Source: Nitrososphaerota archaeon (GTDB taxonomy: Archaea; Thermoproteota; Nitrososphaeria_A; Caldarchaeales; Calditenuaceae). Taken from it: a DNA stretch of 64,000 nt. The translations under genes were made by a program, and so were the position numbers. The notes under the pieces were generated by a model. That model was given only the letters and a program-made list of their open reading frames with translations, did not search any database and had not been told where the DNA came from. This document shows positions 9,601-19,037 of the stretch, piece after piece (the first letter of the stretch is position 1; every line of letters begins with the position of its first letter). The stretch lies in the NCBI GenBank assembly GCA_038845265.1, contig JAWBQR010000006.1, forward strand, positions 56,637 through 120,636, read 5' to 3'.

Positions 9601-10959
9601 TTACTGTGTAATACGCATATATTCTTTAAGTATTCTGACGAATTTTTCAACAACTTCGACTGCATTTTTTCCGGTTATCAATATCATTGGTTCCTTGCCC
9701 CAATCGCCTGTGTGGTAGATGAGGTCGGTGATTTCTCCAGTATTTTCATATGCCTTTTTTACTCCCCACTTGATGGTCATTCCTTCTCTTTTCTTAATTT
9801 CCTCAGGCTCCTCAGCTCTGGTATAACTACTAATCTTCATTCCTAAACTTTTTGCTAATTCGATTATCTTTTCCGAATATGCAATATTCATTGCTGCTCG
9901 TATTGAGGGATTTATGGATGAAATGGTCAAGACTGCGTTTGCCACATGTTTAGATCCTCCAGGCCGAGGGCATGATGATGCTTTAAGTTTGTTTCCTATC
10001 CTGACGATCCTTCCAGGAATACCGATTACGTCTTGTATCCCTTGAGCATATGGTATGGCTTCTGCTATATTAATCATCGATTCTGGTGATAGTTTACCTG
10101 CTCCGTCTAGTTTTTCAATCAGCTCTACGGCTTTTTCTACATTCTCAATTGCTGTCAAGAGAGAGGAATTTCGGTAAACGACCCAGCTGGGATTAACTGG
10201 GCCTACTCCTCTGCCAAGTTCTAATCCATGCTTAATTGCATTGAACACAAAATTTTTAGCAGTCTTAACAGCCTCCGTAATTGTGCTTCCTTTTGCGAGT
10301 TCTGCAGCAATTGCCGAGGCGAAAACGCACCCCGTTCCATGTGTAGTCCTATCAGGCAATCTTTCACTTCTATATTCTTTATATTCACCATCAATGTAAA
10401 GGACGTCGATAACTTCCGTATTGGTTATGTGTCCACCTTTAACCACCACCGCCTTCGCTCCTAGGTCTGCTATTAATCTAGCTGCTCTCCGCTGAGATTC
10501 AAGATCCGTTATTGGCTTACCAGTAAGAGCCTCAGCCTCTCTTGCGTTAGGTGTCACGACAGTCGATATAGATATTAGATACTTCTTAAGCGCATCTATT
10601 GCTTCATCTTCAAGAAGTTTTGCTCCACTCTTTGCGACCATCACTGGATCTACAACTATCGGGACATTCAGTTTAGAAAGCTCTTGGCTTACGGCTATTA
10701 TTATGTCTTTTGTGTGAAGCATGCCAGTCTTTATAGCATCGACCCCAATATCCTCAACACATAATCTTATCTGCTCCAATACTATCTCTGGCTCCATGTC
10801 TACTATCTTGGTTACTAGATAAGTGTTTTGTGCAGTTATTGAAGTGATGGCTGACATGCCATGGACGCCCAGCGCGGCGAATGTCTTTAAGTCAGCCTGG
10901 ATTCCTGCTCCGCCTCCTGAATCTGAGCCAGCGATTGTCAAAGCTCTGGGAAGTTTAAT
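9601..10959 (-). CDS. thiDN: Bifunctional hydroxymethylpyrimidine(-P) kinase / archaeal thiamine-phosphate synthase (ThiD-ThiN)
   Basis: [33 protein letters not shown]; C-terminal ThiN domain (GGSKHVA, GDWGKEP). Track start is TTG 10941; the frame is open to an ATT at 10959 behind a GAGGTGA SD. Confidence 0.92.
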   Translation of the reverse strand: MKLPRALTIAGSDSGGGAGIQADLKTFAALGVHGMSAITSITAQNTYLVTKIVDMEPEIVLEQIRLCVEDIGVDAIKTGMLHTKDIIIAVSQELSKLNVPIVVDPVMVAKSGAKLLEDEAIDALKKYLISISTVVTPNAREAEALTGKPITDLESQRRAARLIADLGAKAVVVKGGHITNTEVIDVLYIDGEYKEYRSERLPDRTTHGTGCVFASAIAAELAKGSTITEAVKTAKNFVFNAIKHGLELGRGVGPVNPSWVVYRNSSLLTAIENVEKAVELIEKLDGAGKLSPESMINIAEAIPYAQGIQDVIGIPGRIVRIGNKLKASSCPRPGGSKHVANAVLTISSINPSIRAAMNIAYSEKIIELAKSLGMKISSYTRAEEPEEIKKREGMTIKWGVKKAYENTGEITDLIYHTGDWGKEPMILITGKNAVEVVEKFVRILKEYMRITQ

Positions 10960-10979
10960 ACATCATCACCTCATCATCA

Positions 10980-11540
10980 TTAAAGTTTGACAATGCAATC
11001 AACAATGTTTGATAAATCTTCAATATATTGCTTTTCTCTAATAGTTATTCCCGACCCCTTATCATCAGAGAGTTTTCTTCCGTAATATGCAGTTCCTACG
11101 AAAGTTGCTGCATTCTTAATGACGATATTTAGTTTAGAAACATCTCCGGCATGAGCATATATTGTCAAGTCATTAATCAAAAGTATATCAGTCGGATTGA
11201 GAATGTATCTATCAATTAATTTATCAGTGATTTCATAGTTTTTAGCAGCGATCTTCAGTACTTCGTCTGGTGTTTTTCCAGTGAGTCTGGGCGGCCTTAT
11301 ATCATCAGAATAGAGATATCGTATTTTAGTGCATAGTGATGCGTCATAGTCCAATACTCTTCCACCTATATTAAATATTTTTGGAGGAGCCATATCGATG
11401 ACTGTAACCTTGGTTGATAACTCGTTAGAAATAAGTTGTCTGACAAGATGGATAAGAAGTCTTGTTTTCCCCGTCCCGACTTCTCCGATTATCAATGTTT
11501 TTTTATTTAAAATTTTAGATAAATCTATTTTGTTATTCAT
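10980..11540 (-). CDS. Small P-loop NTPase of unknown function
   Basis: Walker A GEVGTGKT; hydrophobic strand ending in D ([12 protein letters not shown]); 186 aa. Confidence 0.75.
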   Translation of the reverse strand: MNNKIDLSKILNKKTLIIGEVGTGKTRLLIHLVRQLISNELSTKVTVIDMAPPKIFNIGGRVLDYDASLCTKIRYLYSDDIRPPRLTGKTPDEVLKIAAKNYEITDKLIDRYILNPTDILLINDLTIYAHAGDVSKLNIVIKNAATFVGTAYYGRKLSDDKGSGITIREKQYIEDLSNIVDCIVKL

Positions 11541-11550
11541 AAATTATCAC

Positions 11551-12120
11551 TTATTTGAAGTATTGTGGTAGTGCTTTACTAAGCATAATTAATGTTAAAT
11601 ATGCGATTACGCTTCCAGGCACTGAGCTTACGGCCCAGCCAGCCCAGAATATAACTAGGCCAGCTAGTAATCCATGCTGTCTCAGAATGGCTAATTGTGG
11701 CTCTATATTCATTAATGGCGCAATTATTAATAATGATAGAGTGCCGCCTATTAGGACAGTTCCAACTGGCTCCGCAAATGCGCAGGAATATTTAATGAGT
11801 GGATTATTACTTTTCTTTGTGAGTTTGTATGCTAATCCCACCGTTATAACTCCTGGAATTCCGCCCGGATATGCAAATATTGTTCCAAGGCCCAGCATAA
11901 TCCTTAGCGTGCCAACTATTAGAGGTACTAAAACTCCGTATAGAGGGCCTATTAATACTCCAGCTAAAGAATTGACAAAATGTTGTCCGGGAAATGCCTT
12001 TGTGCCGAGAAAGCTGAACCATACAAATGGCGCTAAGACTAATCCGAGGATCGAGAGGACGATTGTCATGCTTATTGTCCTGGAGTTCATTTTTCTTATG
12101 GATGAGGACTTTTTGGTCAC
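11551..12120 (-). CDS. thiW: ECF transporter S-component, ThiW (hydroxyethylthiazole) family
   Basis: FPGQHFVNSLAGVLIGP, GTIFAYPGG and EPVGT motifs; multi-TM; next to thiDN. Confidence 0.85.
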   Translation of the reverse strand: MTKKSSSIRKMNSRTISMTIVLSILGLVLAPFVWFSFLGTKAFPGQHFVNSLAGVLIGPLYGVLVPLIVGTLRIMLGLGTIFAYPGGIPGVITVGLAYKLTKKSNNPLIKYSCAFAEPVGTVLIGGTLSLLIIAPLMNIEPQLAILRQHGLLAGLVIFWAGWAVSSVPGSVIAYLTLIMLSKALPQYFK

Positions 12121-12159
12121 TAATAAATCGATGAATAAGTAGGTTATAATTATTTAATA

Positions 12160-12558
12160 TTATTTTAATCCCCAAAAGATCTTTCTGTAAGGTGTTACTT
12201 TAATTATCGCGGCCTCTCCTTCATCCCAACGGTCTACTCTTGCCCAGTAAAACTTTTTGAAGAATAGCTTTGAGACCTCCTTGAATTCTTCGCCTTCTGT
12301 TAAAATAGATGCTCTGCCCCACATGAGTATTGCCTTATTCGGTTTATATGTATCGATTAATATTGCAACTTCTGGGTTATTTTTAATATTTCTCAGCTTA
12401 GCTGTGCCAAGATCGGTAACCATATAAAAATTATTATTATAGAATATATAACAAATAGGCACTATATGCGGCTTACCATCGGGCATCAGTGTAGCGAGTC
12501 TACATAGTTCATTATTATGAATAAATTCAATCTCTGCTTTAGAGAATTTTATACCCAT
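12160..12558 (-). CDS. Pyridoxamine 5'-phosphate oxidase-like split-barrel flavin/F420-binding protein
   Basis: RLATLMPDGKPHIVP and KLRNIKNNPEVAILID motifs. Confidence 0.82.
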   Translation of the reverse strand: MGIKFSKAEIEFIHNNELCRLATLMPDGKPHIVPICYIFYNNNFYMVTDLGTAKLRNIKNNPEVAILIDTYKPNKAILMWGRASILTEGEEFKEVSKLFFKKFYWARVDRWDEGEAAIIKVTPYRKIFWGLK

Positions 12559-12617
12559 CCCACTTCATCTTAATAATAAAATTTATCAGGTACATTATAG
12601 AGTTTTAGCATCAAAAA

Positions 12618-13019
12618 ATGAAGAGCTGGCGTGGATGGAGAGTGATTCTAGCAATATGCTATACATTAATCGTTGTCTATTTTTCACTTATCGATCTTAA
12701 ACCATTAGAAACAAATCCATTAGGAGAATATTTTATCGAGATTCATATTGTGGGTGAAGGATTCATTATTCATTTAATTGCATACTTTTTTATGGGATAT
12801 TTATGGAGAAGCTCAGGTTTAAGCTTCGTAAGAAGTTTTTTAACGTGCTTTTTAACAGGCTTTATGATTGAACTAGCTCAGAGCTTTACGAGTACGAGAA
12901 TATTTTCGCTGTTTGACAATTTGGCAAATGGCTTAGGAAGCCTGCTCGGAATTATTTTACATCTCTACATAAATTATTACAGAACAGGATTTGGTAAGAT
13001 ACGTAGGCTTATTATATAG
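12618..13019 (+). CDS. VanZ-family membrane protein
   Basis: HLIAYFFMG, IELAQSF...R...DNLANGLG; 4 hydrophobic segments. Confidence 0.75.
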   Translation: MKSWRGWRVILAICYTLIVVYFSLIDLKPLETNPLGEYFIEIHIVGEGFIIHLIAYFFMGYLWRSSGLSFVRSFLTCFLTGFMIELAQSFTSTRIFSLFDNLANGLGSLLGIILHLYINYYRTGFGKIRRLII

Positions 13020-13037
13020 TATGGTTATTAACAAATA

Positions 13038-14282
13038 TTGGAATCATCAGTCATGCTCGATCCAAGAATCATTAAGAATGATTTTCCTATTTTACAAAGA
13101 GTTATAGATGGAAAGCGCTTAATATATCTAGATAATGCGGCAACTACTCAGAAGCCAATGCAAGTTATTAACGCGATAAAACAATATTATGAAAATTTCA
13201 ATGCAAATGTTCATCGTGGCGTTTATGAGTTATCTATTGAATCAACGGAAATTTACGAGAATGCAAGAAAGACCGTGGCTAATTTTATAGGAGCCAAAAA
13301 CTGGAGAGAAATTATATTCACAAGAAACACTACGGAGGGAATAAATTTAGTGGCGTATGCATACGGTCTTCACAATTTAAAGGACGGAGACAAGATAGTA
13401 CTTACAGAGATGGAACATCATAGCAACATAGTGCCCTGGCAGATAATTTCCAGTGTTAAGAAGGCAAAAATACTACACTTACCAGTCACGAACGATGGAT
13501 ACTTAATGACTGATATTTTAGATAAATATCTCAAGGACGCCAAAATTTTTGCTTTAACTCATGCTTCAAACGTTTTAGGAACGATTAATCCGGTGAAGGA
13601 ATTGATAAAAGTTGCAAAAGAATATGGAGCGACGACGATCATTGACGGTGCTCAGAGCGTTCCACATTTTCCTGTAAACGTGAGTGATATCGGTGCGGAT
13701 TTTTATGCATTCTCGGGACACAAGATGCTGGGCCCGTTGGGAGTAGGGGTCCTATACGCCAACCGAAAGATGTTGGAGGAGATGAATCCATTTTTAGGAG
13801 GTGGAGAAATGATAAAAGAAGTATCATTGGAAAGATCTGTGTGGAATGAGGTTCCATGGAAGTTTGAGGCTGGCACTCCTTCAGTTGCGGATGCCATAGG
13901 GCTGGCAGAGGCTGTAAAATACTTGAATAAGATAGGGATGGATAATGTTAGGAAACACGAATTGGAGCTCACATCATATGCTTATCAATCATTGGTCAAG
14001 TTGCCAAAAATAAGACTGTTGGGCCCTATAAACAAAAACGATAGAACAGGATTGATTTCATTTACGCTGGCCGATATTCACCCCCACGACTTAGCCGAGT
14101 TTCTAGACAAAAAATACGGCATAGCTATTAGGGCAGGGCACCATTGCGCAATGCCAATTCATACAAAATTTGGACTAATTGCGTCTGCAAGGATTAGCTT
14201 CTACATATACAACACAATTGAAGAAATAGATGTATTAGTTAACGGTCTGCGAGATGCCTTAAGAGTATTTAAAACTATATAA
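13038..14282 (+). CDS. sufS: Cysteine desulfurase, SufS type
   Basis: YLDNAATTQKP, EHHSN, SGHKM (PLP Lys), RAGHHCA (catalytic Cys). Confidence 0.93.
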   Translation: MESSVMLDPRIIKNDFPILQRVIDGKRLIYLDNAATTQKPMQVINAIKQYYENFNANVHRGVYELSIESTEIYENARKTVANFIGAKNWREIIFTRNTTEGINLVAYAYGLHNLKDGDKIVLTEMEHHSNIVPWQIISSVKKAKILHLPVTNDGYLMTDILDKYLKDAKIFALTHASNVLGTINPVKELIKVAKEYGATTIIDGAQSVPHFPVNVSDIGADFYAFSGHKMLGPLGVGVLYANRKMLEEMNPFLGGGEMIKEVSLERSVWNEVPWKFEAGTPSVADAIGLAEAVKYLNKIGMDNVRKHELELTSYAYQSLVKLPKIRLLGPINKNDRTGLISFTLADIHPHDLAEFLDKKYGIAIRAGHHCAMPIHTKFGLIASARISFYIYNTIEEIDVLVNGLRDALRVFKTI

Positions 14283-14314
14283 ATTAGGCATCACCTAAAT
14301 TAGGTGATGCCTAA
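14276..14314 (+). promoter_or_regulatory. TATA box (TATATAAA, 14276-14283) followed by a perfect 31-bp palindrome made of two inverted TTAGG-N5-CCTAA boxes; probable DtxR/MntR operator
   Basis: TTAGGCATCACCTAA-A-TTAGGTGATGCCTAA (14284-14314) overlaps the start codon of a DtxR-family gene; TTAGG/CCTAA arms resemble DtxR/SirR boxes. Confidence 0.75.
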
Positions 14315-14717
14315 CGTTACAGAATCAAGATACTTAATGATGCTAATGAGAAATATAGAGATAGGCACGCCTATTAGGACATCATTATTATCGCAGAAAG
14401 TAGGAGTAAAGCCGCCATCTGTTGTAGAAATTCTTAACCGATTAGAGAGTCATAGATTTGTAAGAAGGGTGAGGTGGGGAGAGACCGTTCTGACTCGTAA
14501 AGGAGAAAGGATCGCTAAGAATCTCCTACATAATCATAGAGTACTAGAGATTTATTTTGTGACCTTTTTAGGCATGAGTAAAGAGGTAGCCTGCAGAGAG
14601 GCATCAAGGATAGATCTTTACATAGGACAAAAAACAATTAATGCAATGTGTAAAACACTAAATCATCCATGCAAATGTTTTCACGGAAAAGAGGTGTATC
14701 ATGAAAATTGTATATGA
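14304..14717 (+). CDS. DtxR/MntR-family metal-dependent transcriptional repressor
   Basis: VKPPSVVEILNRL HTH; LTRKG; HRVLE; NHPCKCFHGK tail. Confidence 0.85.
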   Translation: MMPNVTESRYLMMLMRNIEIGTPIRTSLLSQKVGVKPPSVVEILNRLESHRFVRRVRWGETVLTRKGERIAKNLLHNHRVLEIYFVTFLGMSKEVACREASRIDLYIGQKTINAMCKTLNHPCKCFHGKEVYHENCI

Positions 14718-15619
14718 AGAAGTATGTATTAATAGCTGTCTTAATCTTAATCGTTGCATTATTTTTCATCTTTATTCCTCCTAACATTAGACCTAGTTTG
14801 AGTCAACAAAACCTTGAGGGTAAGAAAGTAGTCGTTGTGACAACTGGCATACTTGCTGATGTAGTGTACAACATAGCAGGAGATCGAGTAATAATAAAGC
14901 AACTTATGACTGGAGGTGATATTCATGACTGGGAGCCTAGTGCTAAAGACATAGCTGAGGCGTCAAAGGCATCGATAGTAATTTACCTGTCGAGAAATGT
15001 GGAGAAATGGATCGATAAGTTTGAAACAGCAATCCCCGATAATGTCGAATTAATAGAGGCTGCAGAAAACGTCGAGTTCTTGACCATGGATGGTATAGTC
15101 GATCCTCATATCTGGTTTGACATAAGAAATATGATTAAAGTGACTGAGAGGGTATGCGGTGCCTTAATCAAAAATGATCCGGATAATGCTAAGTATTACT
15201 CGGAAAATGCAGAACGATTTAAGGGAAAATTAAATGAGCTTCATGAAAGATATCTTAGCGAACTGAGCAAATTTAAAGGGAGGATAATAATTACTAGGCA
15301 TGATGCATATAGATATCTGGGAAATACTTATGGTCTAGTCACCATTGCTATATTAGGTGTATATGAGGAAGAAATATCTCCGACAAAGATGCAATACCTA
15401 ATTGAACTGATAAAAAAAGAAGATATTAAGGTAATTTTTAGTGAATATGAGAAGACTGAAGATTTTATAAACAATTTTGCGGCTGAGCATGGATTAAAAA
15501 TAATAAAGCTATACTCATTGGAGAATATCAGTCTTGAAGATGTGGTAAAAAATGAGGGTTACATTTTTAGGATGAGTAAAAACCTAGATGCGTTGGTAGG
15601 AGGGTTAAGCCTTGAGTGA
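14708..15619 (+). CDS. znuA: Zn/Mn ABC transporter substrate-binding protein (ZnuA/cluster A-I)
   Basis: N-terminal TM anchor; DIHDWEPS, DPHIW and HDAY metal ligands. Confidence 0.85.
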   Translation: MYMKKYVLIAVLILIVALFFIFIPPNIRPSLSQQNLEGKKVVVVTTGILADVVYNIAGDRVIIKQLMTGGDIHDWEPSAKDIAEASKASIVIYLSRNVEKWIDKFETAIPDNVELIEAAENVEFLTMDGIVDPHIWFDIRNMIKVTERVCGALIKNDPDNAKYYSENAERFKGKLNELHERYLSELSKFKGRIIITRHDAYRYLGNTYGLVTIAILGVYEEEISPTKMQYLIELIKKEDIKVIFSEYEKTEDFINNFAAEHGLKIIKLYSLENISLEDVVKNEGYIFRMSKNLDALVGGLSLE

Positions 15620-16340
15620 TGAAGTAGTGGCACTTAATCGGGTATGGATAAGCTACGAACCAGGCATATATGTAGTTGAAGATGCTTCATTTACTGTAAA
15701 CCAGAGAGAATTCGTGGCTTTGGTAGGTCCTAATGGGGGAGGAAAAACTACTGTTTTGAAGGCCATTCTAGGACTAATTAAGCCAGAGAAAGGTAGCATT
15801 AAGCTTTTTGGCAGGGAGATCAGAAACTTCAAGGAATGGGCATGGATAGGTTATGTACCACAACATGCAGAGAAAATGTATACAAATTTTCCACTGAGTG
15901 TGGAAGAGTTCCTATATTTAAAATCTCCCACCCATAAAGTGCCTCGAGAAGATGTATATAAAATGTTGGAATTGGTAGGATTAAAGGATGTAAAATACAA
16001 AAGAGTTTCTGAACTTTCAGGCGGTCAGTTCCAGAGGTTATACATCGCGAGAGAGATTATGGCATCTCCGAAATTATTAATTTTGGATGAACCCACGAGC
16101 TCAATTGATGCATCATTTAAGTCAGACCTTTATGATATTCTTAAAGAAATAAACGAGAACTTGAGGGCAACTATAATCATGAGTACACATGACATAGCAG
16201 CAATAAGCACATACGTGAATAGAGTTGTTTGTATAAACAAGAGAGTTATTCACATGGATAACATAGAGGAGTTAATGAGCGGCAAGGGTTTATGTGAGCT
16301 TTACGGATATCATGTCCATGGGCTCAGACATGTTCATTGA
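15612..16340 (+). CDS. znuC: Zn/Mn ABC transporter ATPase
   Basis: GPNGGGKT, LSGGQFQR, LILDEP; C-terminal His-rich tail. Confidence 0.88.
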   Translation: MSDEVVALNRVWISYEPGIYVVEDASFTVNQREFVALVGPNGGGKTTVLKAILGLIKPEKGSIKLFGREIRNFKEWAWIGYVPQHAEKMYTNFPLSVEEFLYLKSPTHKVPREDVYKMLELVGLKDVKYKRVSELSGGQFQRLYIAREIMASPKLLILDEPTSSIDASFKSDLYDILKEINENLRATIIMSTHDIAAISTYVNRVVCINKRVIHMDNIEELMSGKGLCELYGYHVHGLRHVH

Positions 16341-17152
16341 TGCCTATGATTGAGCCGCTCCTTCATCCATTCATGCAACGTGCAATAATAGCAGGAATAC
16401 TAATCGCCATAATTTGTCCACTTTTAGGGGTATTTCTAGTTATTAAGCGCTTGACAATGATTGGCGATACCGTGGCACATATTGCATTGACTGGACTAGC
16501 CTTTGCTTCCTTATTGGGACTTCTCAAAAATATCTACCTAACATATTTGATAACTCTGCCTGGAACAATTCTCATCTTTAAACTTACTAAAAGTGTTAGA
16601 CTAAGTGGTGAGCAATCCTTAGCCATTATTTTATCTGCTTTCGCGGCACTAACTTCTATCATAGTTTCACTCGGTGGTAAATTAAATTTTGAGGCCGTTC
16701 TTTTCGGAAGCATTCTCTTTCTCAGCTGGGACGATGTTTACTTACTAGCAATCATGACGGTGGGGATATCCTTGATACTCATGATTAGGCTCAAGAGTTT
16801 TCTTCTCTTTGTGTTTGACGAAGAGTCTTTCCGTCTCACGGGACAAAAAAATGAGATTTATGAACTGACTTTAAGCATTTGTTCATCGCTCATAATTGTC
16901 GCTTCTCTTACTTTAATGGGAGTATTGTTAGTCGCGGCAATGATATCAATACCAGTCCTTTCATCGATGCAGATAGCTAGAAGCTTTAGTAAGACACTTC
17001 TCACTTCAATAATAATATCTGAGCTTGCAGTACTAATCGGGATATTTGGTTCTTATTATACGGGATTGGCTCCAGGAGGATTAATTGTAATTCTATTAAT
17101 ACTTGCATTCACTTCCTCGATAATCCTTGGAAAGGCCGGATTAAAGATCTAA
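16337..17152 (+). CDS. znuB: Zn/Mn ABC transporter permease (ABC-3)
   Basis: FMQRA, GDTVAHIAL and LFGSI motifs; multi-TM. Confidence 0.88.
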   Translation: MMPMIEPLLHPFMQRAIIAGILIAIICPLLGVFLVIKRLTMIGDTVAHIALTGLAFASLLGLLKNIYLTYLITLPGTILIFKLTKSVRLSGEQSLAIILSAFAALTSIIVSLGGKLNFEAVLFGSILFLSWDDVYLLAIMTVGISLILMIRLKSFLLFVFDEESFRLTGQKNEIYELTLSICSSLIIVASLTLMGVLLVAAMISIPVLSSMQIARSFSKTLLTSIIISELAVLIGIFGSYYTGLAPGGLIVILLILAFTSSIILGKAGLKI

Positions 17153-17673
17153 ATATCGACAGTAAAAGTAGTAGTCGTAGAGTTTAGATTGATGTCTGTA
17201 AGAAGCCATAGTTTTTTGAAGTAATTATTGAAAAAGTCAGCTCTCGCATCCTCACTTACTCCCACTACTACATCATAAAATCCATAGACCTCATATGCTT
17301 CTAAGACAGCATCTATGTTACTTAGGAATTTATCCCAGAGTTTAGGCGCCGCAGGACGTCTAATCTTGATAAATGTATATGCGCACTTTCTCTTTTTATG
17401 AGTCTCAGGTTTCTCGAGATTTAATCCCGAATTATTAACTATCAAGGTATTTGAATCTACTATGCCGTTTTGAAATAGATTATCTAAAACTACATTAATC
17501 TGTTCAAGTTTCTCGACTTCTACTTTACAAATCAAGTCATATGCTCCATAAATTAGATAGGCTTCCCTGACAAATTGGATTTTTCTACTAGCCTCTAGGC
17601 AGCTGACGAGTTCGCTTCTACTGCCAACAATTCCTAGAACATATGCCTTAATCACGATTTTAGCATTAGTCAC
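17149..17673 (-). CDS. Tandem Lrp/AsnC ligand-binding (RAM) domain protein without HTH
   Basis: Two repeats: AYVL...EAYLIYGAYDLICKV and AYTF...EAYEVYGFYDVVVGV. Confidence 0.7.
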   Translation of the reverse strand: MTNAKIVIKAYVLGIVGSRSELVSCLEASRKIQFVREAYLIYGAYDLICKVEVEKLEQINVVLDNLFQNGIVDSNTLIVNNSGLNLEKPETHKKRKCAYTFIKIRRPAAPKLWDKFLSNIDAVLEAYEVYGFYDVVVGVSEDARADFFNNYFKKLWLLTDINLNSTTTTFTVDI

Positions 17674-17689
17674 TTTGATATAAAGCTAT

Positions 17690-18061
17690 TTACTCTTTAC
17701 AAATATCGCACTCTTCATCTAAGTCAGGTTCAAGGCATTTATGGGCCGTACATAATAGCCCCTCTTTTCTCATTCTTGCCAATGTTTCATAAAGCTTCTT
17801 TCTAACTACTTTGGGGCTTTCGTTATTAATGATTAGCTTAACTATTTCTTCAACAGCGTAATCTAGAAATTCACTATTCTCAAGAATTTTAGTCCTTGCT
17901 CTCATGTGGCGCAAATAGTTACTTACTGCAGCCTGAGTTATGCCGAGCGCCTTTGCTGTTTTCTCCTGGGTAAAGCCATATTTCTTTACGAGTCTCTGTA
18001 CAATTAGTGCCCTTATTAATGGTAAGGCTATTCTCGCCTCGATTTCTTGTGGAAGCAGCAT
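17690..18061 (-). CDS. Archaeal HTH transcriptional regulator (COG2522-like) with C-terminal Cys/His motif
   Basis: LPQEIEAR..LPLIR; TQEKTAKALGITQAAVSNYL HTH; CTAHK...CDIC. Confidence 0.8.
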   Translation of the reverse strand: MLLPQEIEARIALPLIRALIVQRLVKKYGFTQEKTAKALGITQAAVSNYLRHMRARTKILENSEFLDYAVEEIVKLIINNESPKVVRKKLYETLARMRKEGLLCTAHKCLEPDLDEECDICKE

Positions 18062-18112
18062 GAATCCAGTTTTAATAATGTTTAAGATATATTTAAGCTA
18101 TATATCGCTACA

Positions 18113-18967
18113 CTATTTCTTCACTACAATATCCTTCCCTAGTTTCTTCAACTGGTTAATTATCTCTGATCGATACGTGCCTGGAACTCCCTTCCAATCA
18201 ATGACTGCAATATTTGTCTTCTCTAATGTTTTGTCAAATGCCTCTGATAAAATGTTTATTCCGTGTGGGAATGCATATTTTGGCATCATGTGTCCAAAAT
18301 CGAATTGATTGTCAAGCGTAAGTTTAGTAAAGAGGGGTGCGTAATGATTTCCACCTATGCCGACAGCTGGTCTATTCGACGGGACTGCATTTACAGCCGA
18401 AATGCAGGCCTCTGCCACGGCTATCGACGCTTCTCTGCAGGTCAATGCAGAGGGAGGTCCGCCGAACTCTACGAATATCAATGGAACTGGAGAGTAGGGA
18501 CCATGGTGCGTGACTTCGAGACTGACTAGCCAGTCTCTTAGTACCACCATCTCGGTCGCTTTTTCGTAAAGTTTTCTGAAAGCAGAACCTACAGCTCCTG
18601 CCATTGTGTATGATAGTTTGTATGGTTCTCCGCCAAGCTTAGCATCTGGGCCCCAATTACCGGTTGAGTGTACGTGAAGACTTTTAATTCCCATCTCTGA
18701 CCTATGACTTGAGGCGATTATTATTAATGATGTTTTGAGATTTTCTATTTCATCTATATGCATGTAGACATGTTGTGTAGATGTAGTGATTCCTAGGGTT
18801 GTTCCGTTGGTTATAATTGGTTCTCTATTCTTTTCTCCACATGTTTCTCTCCAATTAAAATTTTCTAGCAGCGTTTGTCTGACTAGCATTGACGCGACGT
18901 CCTGCTTAGAGAAGAGTATGATTGGACTTAGCTCCTGAGCTGCATGCTCTGTATTTCTTGAATTCAT
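18113..18967 (-). CDS. dtdA: D-aminoacyl-tRNA deacylase, archaeal DTD2/DtdA
   Basis: SSHRS, HSTGNWG, EVTHHGP, FVEFG, GGNHYAP and GHMMPKY motifs. Confidence 0.9.
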   Translation of the reverse strand: MNSRNTEHAAQELSPIILFSKQDVASMLVRQTLLENFNWRETCGEKNREPIITNGTTLGITTSTQHVYMHIDEIENLKTSLIIIASSHRSEMGIKSLHVHSTGNWGPDAKLGGEPYKLSYTMAGAVGSAFRKLYEKATEMVVLRDWLVSLEVTHHGPYSPVPLIFVEFGGPPSALTCREASIAVAEACISAVNAVPSNRPAVGIGGNHYAPLFTKLTLDNQFDFGHMMPKYAFPHGINILSEAFDKTLEKTNIAVIDWKGVPGTYRSEIINQLKKLGKDIVVKK

Positions 18968-19037
18968 CCCTAAGTCAATTATTCCATTTTGTTACCTTAT
19001 AATAAGTGTGAAAAATGATATATAGGGAGGCTGTCAA

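Noticed and set aside
11555-12142. Long antisense or alternate-frame ORFs (e.g. 11555-12142, 25721-26263, 40295-40804, 49183-49743, 56960-57400)
   Set aside because: They lie opposite well-supported genes and have no recognisable motifs; shadow ORFs.
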